Shown piece after piece: positions 52,668 through 64,000 of a stretch of 64,000 nt of DNA; the stretch's first letter is position 1, and each line of letters opens with the position of its first letter. The stretch comes from Nageia nagi. Lineage: Eukaryota; Plantae; Pinophyta. Position numbers and translations under genes: made by a program. Location: contig JBITNC010000002.1 in NCBI GenBank assembly GCA_050084985.1, positions 4,650,001-4,714,000 on the forward strand, in the 5' to 3' direction. The notes beneath the pieces are model-generated. The model ran no database searches. It worked only from the letters and a program-made list of their open reading frames with translations, and was not told the origin of the DNA.

Positions 52668-54041
52668 TAAGAATTTAAATAATGAATATGATGAATCCAA
52701 CTTAATTAAGAATTTGAATAACGAATATAATGAATCCATCAAAGGAATGTTGATATATTGTATTTAGGATTCATTATATTGATAAATTGACTCAACTAAA
52801 AGACCAAAATAAGGTTCCTCTACTATTATCAATGATTCAGTGCAGATTGGAAAAGAGGACTCTAGGTTTAGTTCTACAAGCCAGTGAGCCGATGCGTAGA
52901 ATGTCAGAATCCTCAAAAACAGTCCATAAGGGAGCACCTGATTCTCTGTTTTCATCTAAAACAATATTAGACCACAATTTAGACATTAAATATAGAACAG
53001 TGTGTTCAAGGATGAAGACCTAAAATAGGAGCTCCCAGTCCATGATTTTGCATAGGCAATCTTCTCATAGTTTCAGTTAATGCTTCTAGAACCACCTTAG
53101 GAGTTGTTTGATACAATTCCTTTGGTTATTCTTGAGTATAATGTGATGCTAAGATAAGATGATGTATCGAATGGTTGTAGCAGTGACCGGGACTTATTTT
53201 CTAATCCGTACTTTTTTGTCATCCAAATTTTCGAGGTTGTCAGGCCAATGCTTAGGCTGGGTTTTATCTTTCCTAAACCTTATTAAGCTAAGGCTATTTA
53301 TCTAAATTTCATGCTATATCATTTCATTCAAGTATTATCACTGGGAATGTATTGTATTCCTTTGCATAAGATGCTTTCAAAACCTGTCCATGAGAGAAAT
53401 TGTAAGCAGTATTGAGGTAGATAGAGCCTCTCATATTTGACCTTCCAGAAATTTTAGCTCGATAACAAAATTCATATCTTGCCATTACAATGAAACAAAT
53501 CTACATTCTAATTTTAGGTTATGTGGGGGTTCTTCTGCTTAATAATGAGGATTTATATCACATGTTGGTTCTTTACTGTGTGAGTCTATGGCCTGAAACC
53601 AATCATGATGCACATTAGATATATATTATTATTGATTTTAAGAATAGTTCCTGTTTTTTTGTCTCTCCTGTCAGCTGAAAAGTTATGACAAAGATGAGAA
53701 GTCTCATAGCAAGAAATCTATTACAGGGCTGTGTTTGATGTCCATTCTTTTACCGAGCGCATTCTTTAATAAAAATTCTTTTTAGTGAGCAATAAAAAGG
53801 GAACATTACACACACATCAAGCACCACAACAGTCACACAATTCTCACAACCTTACTAAAGCAACATATGACAATTACTATAATGTACTCTACTCCAAAAA
53901 TGTGTTGGTACGAGTCCAATCAACCTTTGGTAATCTTACATAAAGATGAAATGGCTTTAGTATTGCCATACATTCCACATAACTACATTCTTTCATTTAT
54001 ATAACATGTGCATGAAATAAATGATTGTTCAGAAATTTTAC

Positions 54042-57000
54042 CTTGCAAAGAATACATCTCTGCCCTTGCCAATTCTGATGGTAGAGAATCATCACAGCTT
54101 AAAGATGTAGAAAAGACCAGACCAGAGGGATCAAACAAATAAGAAATCCATCAGATACTATAAATGAAATGTCACAAAGCTGGTAACAACTAAGTAGTCC
54201 TGAGCCATGATTGAGTGTTTGGCCCTGGAGCTTCCATGGAGGATCAACTTAAAGAATGGATAGTTCTGTCATGCTAAGCACAGCTCCTTCAAGAACAACT
54301 GTCGAGGAAGGACCTTGATATTCACCTGAAAAGCATTGCAAGCAACCATAGTGAATAGTCAGGGTCATCTTTATAGTGGACACCAAGTGTTCCTTGTTAA
54401 AAGTGCTCCTTCGCAACACAGCTTTGGGATGTAACACTAATTGGGAAAATAAATTCAAAAGATAGAGATAAAGGCATACTGCAGATACAAGCTAATAATG
54501 CTTAGATTTAGAAAAATGTAAAAAAGACAAATATACGAGTCACACCTAAATTAGGTTTAAGCAAAGACTGCTTTGGATGATCCCGTTTATTATAAACAAC
54601 ATGTAGTTTCTTTGCTTCACATCTGTCTGCTATCTTTAAAAGATCAAACAATAGAAGATTATCATCTCCATATCTTTTAAGCAGTTCCGCTATTCTAGTA
54701 TGATCCATGCATGGTATGTCTTTTGTCACTTCCTGATCCATAAAGGACATATTTCGTAGTGACTTTGTGCAAAGTCTTTCAGCCAAATCATTGCTTATAC
54801 TTAAATGTACAAAATTTTTAACTTCCATGTTAGTTCCTGTCAGCCAAGCAGCATCATTATCGACAAGACCCCTCAAAGGTTTTAAAATCCCAAAGGTATG
54901 TGGTACTAGAATTGAATATTCAGAAGCTTTATATGAAGCTTGTTCTCCCAATGTGTTTTCAACAGCCTCAAGAACCCAAAGAAAAAACCTCAACTGTTCC
55001 GATGAAAGAGATGTTGCTTTTATGTCTTCTTTTAAATATTGTAAGACTTGGACATAATCCTTAATGCTGAATGTCAACCTTACACCCAAGGATGTAAGAA
55101 GACCCCTAAAACCTGACAATTCAGATGGTACAACATACAACACGGCTGAAATTTTGCTGGTGAGTCAAATGCCAACACCTTAGGAGACACAAAACTATCT
55201 CCAATCCACACCCATTGAATTCCCTCAAGTAGGGATTGTAATATTACAAAATCTTCTGTACGCACAAATTCCTGAAGCAGCGAATAGAGTGATGGGACCT
55301 CCCTTTCAAATACTACATCAAGAAATTCCTTCCTCTTGCCATCAGGTTTAGATTTTGTGCAACCATAAGCCTTGGATAACTCAATCAATTGAGCTGCTAG
55401 TACACCAACATTTGGGCATTTCAACCCACCAAGCGTCAGCTGTATGTGAGATGAGATGCACTCCCCATTGAGTATCCGCATGGTTGATGATGCTAACCAC
55501 ATTTGAGACTTAAGGCTAACCACTTTTGGAGGGGCATTTGAACCTCTAATAGTTTTGGGCCAAGGTATTCCTTGGACTGGTGGATCAACATAAACAGGAC
55601 ACCAATAGGTATTTGCTAGTTCCATCCAATACCCTTCTTCTAATTCATCGTTCACCAAGCCATCTGATTGGCAAGTAATATCAGTACATGTTTGACTGCT
55701 TTCTCCTAGGTGTAAGTTTGCCAAGATTCCATCTTCTCTCTCTTCATCATAAATACATTCCTTGCTCTAGGTTCTGAGGTTGTTCAGTAGAACTTCTGAT
55801 TTCTATGTTATAGATAAATGCAAGTAAATCCTTGGCCAGTTTGAATGCTATAGACTCTTTTCCAGATTCATATGACATTGCAACAGATCTCGCACTATCC
55901 AATAAACCCCTCTGACCAGGAGAATTTCTCAGTCCCAATCCAGCCAAAAAATAAAGGATTTCAGGAGCAGCAAATTCTCTGGATGGAAAGAAATCATCTT
56001 TATGCAGTAGCAGATGCAACACTGGAGCACGTAGATTGTACAACCTGGGTATAAAGAAAATAAAGATTAAACTATGTGCAGCCTACCTATCATTTGCAAA
56101 CAATACAAATAACAAGCTTTCATTTTGAATTCATGGGGACAAACGATATTATCCATTTTGATAACAATGTTTTATCATGCAGGTGATTTACAATGCACAT
56201 TATTTTTTGAAGTAAACCTAGCATGTTAGCAAGCTTTTGAGTTTCTTTTTTTCACATATTGAGGGATGACTTCTGTTGTTCGATCAAAGAGAAAGTATAG
56301 AGTGCCACTTGCCAAGTTTGTGCACCCCAACCTTGCAATGTCCAGATATTGCTGCAATAGGATACCAGATACAGCACTAGCCAATAAGAAACAAGTCATG
56401 CTCCAACTAATTGGATTGTCTATGTCCATCTCATAAACATGAATAAATAAAAAGGCCACTAAAATGCTATGCAACAACACACATACCTAAATCACTATTA
56501 GAGAGCCTATAGATGGATAAAAACACCACATGAAGTCTAAAATATCTCAAAACACAGTCTGGAGAGAGGAGAGAATAAAAACTCTACAGAATGAAAACCC
56601 AATACTCTTTACTGGCCATGGCTTCAAAAGCTAAATACAATGATAGGCAGGCTTGTGCTTAAATATGTCTATGAGCTTAAAACAATGATAGACAGGCTGT
56701 TGTCAAAATATGTTTATGAGGTAAAAACTATGATAGATACGCTTGTGTTGAAATATGATTCCATAAAGATAAAGGAATGTCTCATAGACATCACAAATGC
56801 CCCAAGATCTTTAGCAATGCTCACAAACTGTCGAGGATGGACCACGGGCAGTGTAGGACTGCTGAACCAGACTGCAGGCAGTCCAGAATATCTAGAACAG
56901 GACCATGGCTGGTTTGTAAAAGTCCACCAAGTGAGGTGAAACAAGATGTGTTAGATTCTGTAGATAAAGGGTATCAGGGTTATGAAGATAAAACAACTTG

Positions 57001-60000
57001 TAAAATGCAGATAATAAGCCCTGAAAAATGACAGTACACTAACAACTGCAGAATAACAAACACAGATTTGGGGGTTTCAATGTATTCGTTTCTCTTACTT
57101 AGATTATACAAAATAGCACACACACAATATAATATATGTGGGGTGCATGACCCTTCATTTCCAATACAGTAGGTCTTCAATGATGTTCTTTAAATCCCAA
57201 ATCTCTTTATCTAATTCCAACTCGTTAGAAATCTATTTCAGCATCAATATCTCCAACAGTTTGGGATAGTATGTTGGAAAATATACAGAACTTGAACCTT
57301 TTTCCAGACAACAAACTAGAAATATCCTCTAAGGAGACTTTGAATTATGGGTTTGCGATTTCACATAAACGAAACTCATTTTAACTATGAAATACCTACC
57401 AAATTGAATCAGCAATCTTCATCAGAGACTAACTAATTAGCAAGAAAGAATAACTTGCCACATGTTGGCATACAACAGATCTACGAGAAAAAGAGTAAAA
57501 TATAGGTGTGCAGCAACTCTTTATATCTGGAATCCCCCACAACCTACAAAAGAATATCATTCACATAATAATTTATACCTACAACCTTCCAACACACACT
57601 ATTGGCATCTGGCATCCTATTTCAACACAATTGAGAGAAGGGAGTAGTAAAAATATTGATTGCAGAATGTGCATGTCTCAAAATCGTAGAGGTGTTTTCC
57701 TATGTAACATGCATTGTTCTTTCAGTTAAATAATAGTCTCTTGTTGCCCCATGACATATAATGATATGAAATTGATATTAATCCCTATTAATACCCAGAT
57801 ATGTCAATAACGCTGAAGTACATTGTCAAGCAACAACAGTAATAAGGACGCAGAAAGGTTTGAAAGAATGCATAGGTTACAAGACAAAAGAGAAGACAGA
57901 AGAGAAAGAAATGAATGCCACAATCCCACAAAATTTAAGATAAAAAATATTACTACTAAGGGCCTACTAGAGAATGTGCTTTGAAGAATGTTCCATAATA
58001 AAAAAGGCCTTGTGGATTCAACCTTAGTGACAACTATGTACATATGTGGGTCAAAAAAATATATATTAAAAATTTAAAACAAACGAAAGTAACAGAACAC
58101 AACAATATGTGTGAAAAAATAAGAAAATAGAAAATAAATCAGAACAAATACTGTTTATACTTAATGATCATAGAGGACTGCATTCTCCTCTTCCTTATAT
58201 ATAATTCAAGTGCAACATGGGCCTTTCTTCATACTCTTGCACTTCTTATATGCTTACAAAAATAGTAGACAGAAGAAAACCTAGGTTCAGCAATACTTTC
58301 CAGGCTTCTGTAAAGATCCTTGTGCTGTCAAGATGAAAGGTACTTCAGAGATGGACTTTCCAATAGAAGAATCCTCCTGAATTGTAAATTTCAGGTCCCG
58401 AATCACCTTCAACATAACATCTGGTTCTGAAGCAAATTAAGATAATGTATTAATTACGATTTCCCTGTAAAATTGTTTCTTTGAAGGTCTATCAATCCCT
58501 AGGTAATGTTTCAAAATGATTTCTTCTCTTTGTGAAGATGTATGAATAAAGTTATGATTTCCATTCTGCAGGATGAATCGTAGGCATAAGTTCTAATAAA
58601 GATGATGTAAGTAGTAAAAGATTGGTTCCGACATTGCTAGCAATTTTGTGTCGGTTACTTAAAATATGATCGTCAATTGTACAATCAATAAGCAAATATG
58701 GTACTACATCTTTTAGCAGTTAATACTCATTTTGGTTAGTCATATAACATTATCACTTTATCTAGATTTAGTGAATATGCCTGTAGCAAGAGGAGGCAAA
58801 GGTAGACCATGCAATTTTTGAGATATCAAAGGATCCTTAACATCATCCAAACAATATTTCAGAGTTATATGCATTGCTTCTTTCTGCTTGAATCCATGTT
58901 TACGCTGACTAAACAAATTTCCCAGAAGATGTGGAGAGAGATATCTCAACGAAGGACAAAACTTGCGAAATGCATCCACTACTATCTTTGGTGCAGTTAT
59001 CAAAGGTAATCCTGCTTCTGCTAATGCCTTACCAAGTTCACTGATCTCTGGAAAGGAAAAACCAGGGAAAACAGCCTGCTTTGCAGAAATCCATTGACCA
59101 CTTCTAACCTTTCTGTAAAGGACACAAACCTCTAGATCCGAGATGCTCATATAAACTTTCTTCATGAATGATAACCACGGCTCTCGTATAGCTGTAGTGG
59201 GCCAAAACGATTAATATGCACTACATGGACCAATTTCAGTGGCAATGTTAGCACATAAACGTGCATATGCTAGAGCTGCAGCATCATCAAGAAGACAGCG
59301 GTTCCAATCAGACCTTAGCTTCCCTCCTTCTGCCATATCATCACCAAACCACATGTTCCTCTGATTTGATGGCAGTTCAAAGTAGCCATTGACATGTACT
59401 GGAAGACTTGTAATGACAGGCAAAGACAAAAATGAAAAAAACAAAATGCACGACCATCGATTGCATGTTCAGCAAGAGTTGCTTCATTTTTTCCTTCTTT
59501 TCTCAAACCTGAATGTAACTTGGCTGCTACACCTGCGCATGGGATGGAATTATGTGCTCTATTTTCCAATGCGTCAGATTTTCCTTTGGCATGTACACAG
59601 TCACTCACCATCCACTTGATAATACTATAACTCTCCTCTCCCACAACTCTGCGGAAACTGTGCTTCTGGTGTTGTCTGCAATTTTTGAAAGGACTTCTCT
59701 TTGCCCATGCCAGTTTTGCGATCGCCATAAATAAAGTCAAGCATGACTTTTTGTGGACATGGTTGATTCCTCATTGTATCAACAAGAAGCCTGGACACAC
59801 GGTGTAATAGCAACAATTCATGATTTGATCCATCCTTTACATATATTGAAATGCTCATTATATTTCGTAAAAAAGGCAAGGCCTCACGTGCATTAGCTTA
59901 AAAAGATGAGAAAATAGATATAAGATCCTCAGGCCCATAACTTTCTTAATTTGTCTGCAAGCGGATAGACTGGGAGTTGTGTCCCAGGAAAAGCATTATG

Positions 60001-61571
60001 CATGTCACAATCAAAGTGCAAGTACGGAGAAAACTGATCAGGAAATTCATTTAAAATGCCTCTACGAACAAAGCTGATTCTCAAGCCAGGATGTGATGGA
60101 GTAATCCCTGGAAGCTACTAGGCATGAGGATCGAACATCACAATGTTTTCTCCAGAAATAAATCCAGGAATATTCGTGAAATGATAAACAGAGCTGAATC
60201 CAATACGAAACCTCCCATTAGCAAATGGCTTTTCAAGTTTACTGTCTTGTCCAATGCGTGAAATTGCATAAAGATCTTAAGGGCTGTAAAAACAGAAAGA
60301 AAGATTGATGAAGTTCTATACTGAGTTTTATCCAAAAAAAAGGAAACTTCCGAAGTCCCGCATCATCAGCATTTTGTACAAAGTTCAAATAAAATTCCAG
60401 GACCATCCGCATACATTTCAACTATATGCTTCGATCTTGTTTTTAAGACCTCATGCTGATCAAAAGCTTCTGCTGCCCCATACAAGCCCAAATTCATGGA
60501 GTCAGCATTCTCTCCGCAACATCATTTGATATGTTTGCATGCAAAAATTTGGGAACCTTCGTGTTTGCTGCCAAAGCCACAGGCAATAAGCCCTCTGACT
60601 TACCCCATTGATTAGAGCTAGATAACCATGGAGCATCATTGAAGGCAAGTTCTGTTGTAGGCATAAGAATAGATGAGAGAGGACTGTAACATACGATCTG
60701 GTTGTCATGAAAATTGGCATCAGCCAGATATTGCACAATAAGGATTGCTTCTCTAAGTTCATTCATATCTAATGGACTTCTAGTTTTGTTTACAGCCATT
60801 TTAGATAGGACGTAGCAAAATCTCTAGGACTTAAGTATTCTCGCACACCTAGCTCTATGAATAGCTTTCTAAAAACAGCTAGATCAGCATGAGTAACTCG
60901 TATATATGGAGCTAAATGAAGAGGTTCTAAATACTTTTGGAAATCCATATCCCTCCCTAATTCACCGACATCCTTCTAAAATTGCTTTTACTATATCTAC
61001 TTCATCTGTACCAATGATAGCAGTCAAAAGCGAATTAATATCTTTGACATAGACATTGCTAATTCCTGTTGATATATCTGCTTTTGCACAAGCTCATGAT
61101 TTTGTCCAAGCTTAAGAAGCTGTGCAGCAATAACGCTTCCTCCTAATGAAGAGGACCAACCAAGACAACATGATAGGATGTTTGAGAGGCATTCCCCCTC
61201 AAGCATGTGCATGCTGGAAGAAACAAGCGAAATATTCATGGCCAAACGAACCAATTTGGGAGGGGCCACCGTTGTAGAAACTGAAGGCCATGGCAAAACT
61301 GGATACGGAGGATTTACTAAAACAGGGCACCAGCAAATCATAGTGAGATCATTCCAAAATTTTGTCGACTCAATGCATGAACTTGTATCTTGTATGTTTA
61401 GTTATGACGCCATTTTTGTTAGCATTTTATTGACGACCTTGTGTCTCTTATTAGAGTGCTATAGCAGCCATCAATTTGCATTTAGCTCCAAATAAGAAAG
61501 TAACACTTTTTCCCCTTGAGAGTGCCTTTGGCAGGATCATCATCCATTATTGACTCTATCTACCAGGCACT
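54042..61571 (-). pseudogene. Unprocessed sacsin-like pseudogene fragment (plant At5g23110-type; SRR/HATPase repeats), truncated at both ends
   Basis: Collinear sacsin motifs: WCPVLVNPP..LPWP, FNDAPWL, HANISNDVAE, VQNADDAG, PSHPGLRISF..FPDQFSPY, LPVHVNGYFEL, WFGDDMAEGGKLRSDWN, WCPVYVDPP, VWIGDSFVSP..AFDSP, HPKQSLLKPNLG|EYQGP. GT-AG introns at 56045-58296 and 54326-54545 restore the frame. Many frameshifts and stops. Confidence 0.9.
56631..56760 (+). repeat. ~45 bp minisatellite (about 3 copies) in the sacsin intron
   Basis: Units AAACAATGATAG.CAGGCT..TG...AAATATGT.TATGAG repeat at ~56636, ~56681 and ~56726. Confidence 0.8.
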
Positions 61572-64000
61572 AATGGATATAGTAGTATATTATGCACATA
61601 ATTGAGTGTTAGCATCTGTTAAAGAGATGCATATATTTATAATGCAATTAAATATGGGGTTCTAAGTATGAAAGTACAATGTTTGATTAATTTGAGTATT
61701 GATTAAATGCTAGTTGTGTTATGTTAGCATATATCTATGATAATATGCCATGTATAGAATTGAGTGTAGATAGATAGTTGTCCTTTAATGTTCTTTTAAA
61801 TTCGTTGGTTTGTAGGATCTTTCAAGGTTTGTTCACAAGTAAATACATATCAATCATAAATTTGAATGGTTTTTTCTCATAAATAAAAACATTGAACAAT
61901 GTACAAATATTCTAAGAAAAATAAGAATATTTCTGAGGACAATTGACCAGTATCACTCATTTCCACTCAATGAAAATAATTCATTAAAATAAAATTCTAG
62001 AATTAGATCAAACACAATATGATGGTGGCTTTTATAGTTGTAACTATAGATTAAATATTTACTCCATATTTTATTAATTAGATTTAAACAAAATATCAAA
62101 AATAATGATTATGTAATTATCAAAAGAATTTTCATCCATAGTTGTAGTTATATATTAATAAACATTAGATGATTTCTCAATTATTGAATTGATATTGAAA
62201 ATTTCAACTTTGTACTATTCAAAAGTTTGAAACATATTTAAGATTGGTTGGTTTTGCTTGAACTAAAGAATGTTACATAGTTCAATGAAAACTCATGTTG
62301 CATACATAACAATGTATGGTACGTAAATGATATTTTGGGTGTGAGGATCCTAATATTATCAATACATAAATAACCATCTTCGAAAACCAAGATCATAATG
62401 TTGCATTAAAACTTGGAATCATCATTGTAAAAAATGCATACATTATAAAACAAGTTAACTTCTCAAAACTTCAAAGATATCCATTTTTTTAAAAATTATA
62501 CATTTGTTCATCTTAAACCTCCTTCCATATAAACCCTATAAACAAATGTTTACAACTTTTATGTAGGATAAGATTACATTTCTCGTCATTCATATATTGA
62601 TGAATATAGTCGTATGATAAGCAATAATGTGTGCTTGTATGTTTTTAAATAATAACTTAAGACTTTAGAGTTGCTTTTATAAAAACAATTGTGATTTTGA
62701 GAAAGAATAGAAATTCAATTAGAAAACAATTATCTTTATTAGGTTGAAATCTCAAAAAAGGTTATTGGCTAGGGGACGAGGAGGTGCTTCCAAGAAATAA
62801 TGGGACAAATGTTGGTACTGCAGAGGTTGTTGGAGCTAGGGAAATTGGATGGAAGGCGTCCTTCTCTTCTCATGGGTTGCAAGGAGAAGTTGTTGATGAT
62901 GCTAAATAGAGTGGGGGTTGAGAATATGTGTATGGTGGATAATTTCTATCCTTGCTTAGATCCCTCCATCAAGTAAATGCACGTTTAATTGTTTATGGTT
63001 TTTATGTTAGTTTGATAAGCCTTCGATACTTGGCTTATGGTTTTGTCCTAATCGTCGGGTTGTTGATGTTAGCTTGGGATTCATGATAATTTTTGGGGAC
63101 AGTTAAGTCTTTCCACCTGTCTTTTTTGCATGATTAAGTTATAAATTTTGCTTTTTCATCCAAAAAGGAAAAATATAATTGAAATTCTTTACAAGGGAAT
63201 ATAATCAATTTTTTTACTTTGTTATGCCAAACCTTCTATAAAGTAATAAATTTTCATATTAATGTTCCTGAGTGACCAGCAAAATAATATGTAGAACTGT
63301 AGAAAAATGCATATAAGAGTAAAGGAGTGCTTAGAGCAACTTCGATGTGTAAGTGTAATAAGTAGATAAAGAAAAGTGTCAAATACATTAGGCATGACTA
63401 AAGTAGGAGGTCTACAAATAGAGTCAAAGAGGCTCATCCAACATTTATGGTTGGAAACAAGCTCATGATTTTGCAACTAAATAAAGTAATTCTAGTGGGT
63501 TTGGTGGTAAGGTCTTGATGAGTAATCTTTCGAAAGTCTTTAGGGATAATGTGACACTTTTGATTCGTAGTTTCTTGCAACTTAAAATAATGTGATAAGT
63601 CTAGAATTCATTGTGCTTTAGGATCTACTGATGATCACTTTTTGTTTGAGGCGGATGGTTTCATTGATATATAGTACAATGTATTTTTGGTCTCCATAAT
63701 TCATAATCTTTAAGGTTATCTTTGCATTAACGCAATTTGAAAAAGTAATCAAAAGAAAATTATATATTAACTATGAAAAATGATTTACAATTAATTATTA
63801 ATGATTTCATTAATTCAAAATAATAAAATCTCCTTTGAGAAGGCCATTCATTTCTATCTTTGTTTCCTAGTTTCTCCCTTTTATTTATATCATAAAACCT
63901 AAAATTTTCAACACGAGAGGCTCCCCTTGTTTATTTCTTTTATTCCTCTCTTTTGAGTTTTATTTACAGGATTTTCAATAAAAAAAATTCACTATAAAAG
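61572..64000 (+). repeat. Dispersed repeat copy C (runs off the window end)
   Basis: Collinear with 35998-39450. Lacks the CACTA and the 350 bp duplication, and carries a ~450 bp insert. Confidence 0.9.
62728..63176 (+). mobile_element. 5'-truncated L1-type LINE 3' end (RNase H-like remnant, 3' UTR, A-rich tail)
   Basis: Absent from copy A (~38245). Broken frame EISKKVIG* ... SFSSHGLQGEVVDDAK resembles plant L1 RNase H (EGDSxxVI..W; SFxH..RExNxxADxLAK). A T-rich UTR is followed by AAAAAGGAAAAA. Confidence 0.55.

Noticed and set aside
54767-61495. Several + strand ORFs over the sacsin region
   Set aside because: Antisense shadows of sacsin exons.

Overview
AT-rich, strongly CpG-depleted plant nuclear DNA. 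It looks like a large gymnosperm-type genome, an inference from the old nested LTR elements, Tat-like gypsy PPT/PBS signals and a ZNF862-like hAT remnant. Roughly 1-49 kb is decayed, nested Ty1/copia and Ty3/gypsy retrotransposons, plus a hAT transposase remnant, a complete ~1.06 kb non-autonomous CACTA element and SINE-like and LINE fragments. The one clearly intact gene is an intronless chloroplast YGGT/YlmG-family gene (YLMG1-like, 51126-51821, +) in a CpG island. Downstream lies a ~7.5 kb intron-retaining, frameshifted sacsin-like (At5g23110-type) pseudogene fragment on the - strand, inside an ~8.9 kb block bracketed by ~280 bp direct repeats. A second 107 bp sacsin piece is fused to an older copy of the same repeat about 20 kb upstream. 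I see no convincing new functional gene system. The most unusual signals are this repeat-linked sacsin shuffling, gag-only or tandem-gag gypsy elements (one with an apparent tRNA-Trp PBS), and several insertions with empty-site evidence inside the window. All alignments and translations were done by eye, and boundaries of the decayed elements are approximate.
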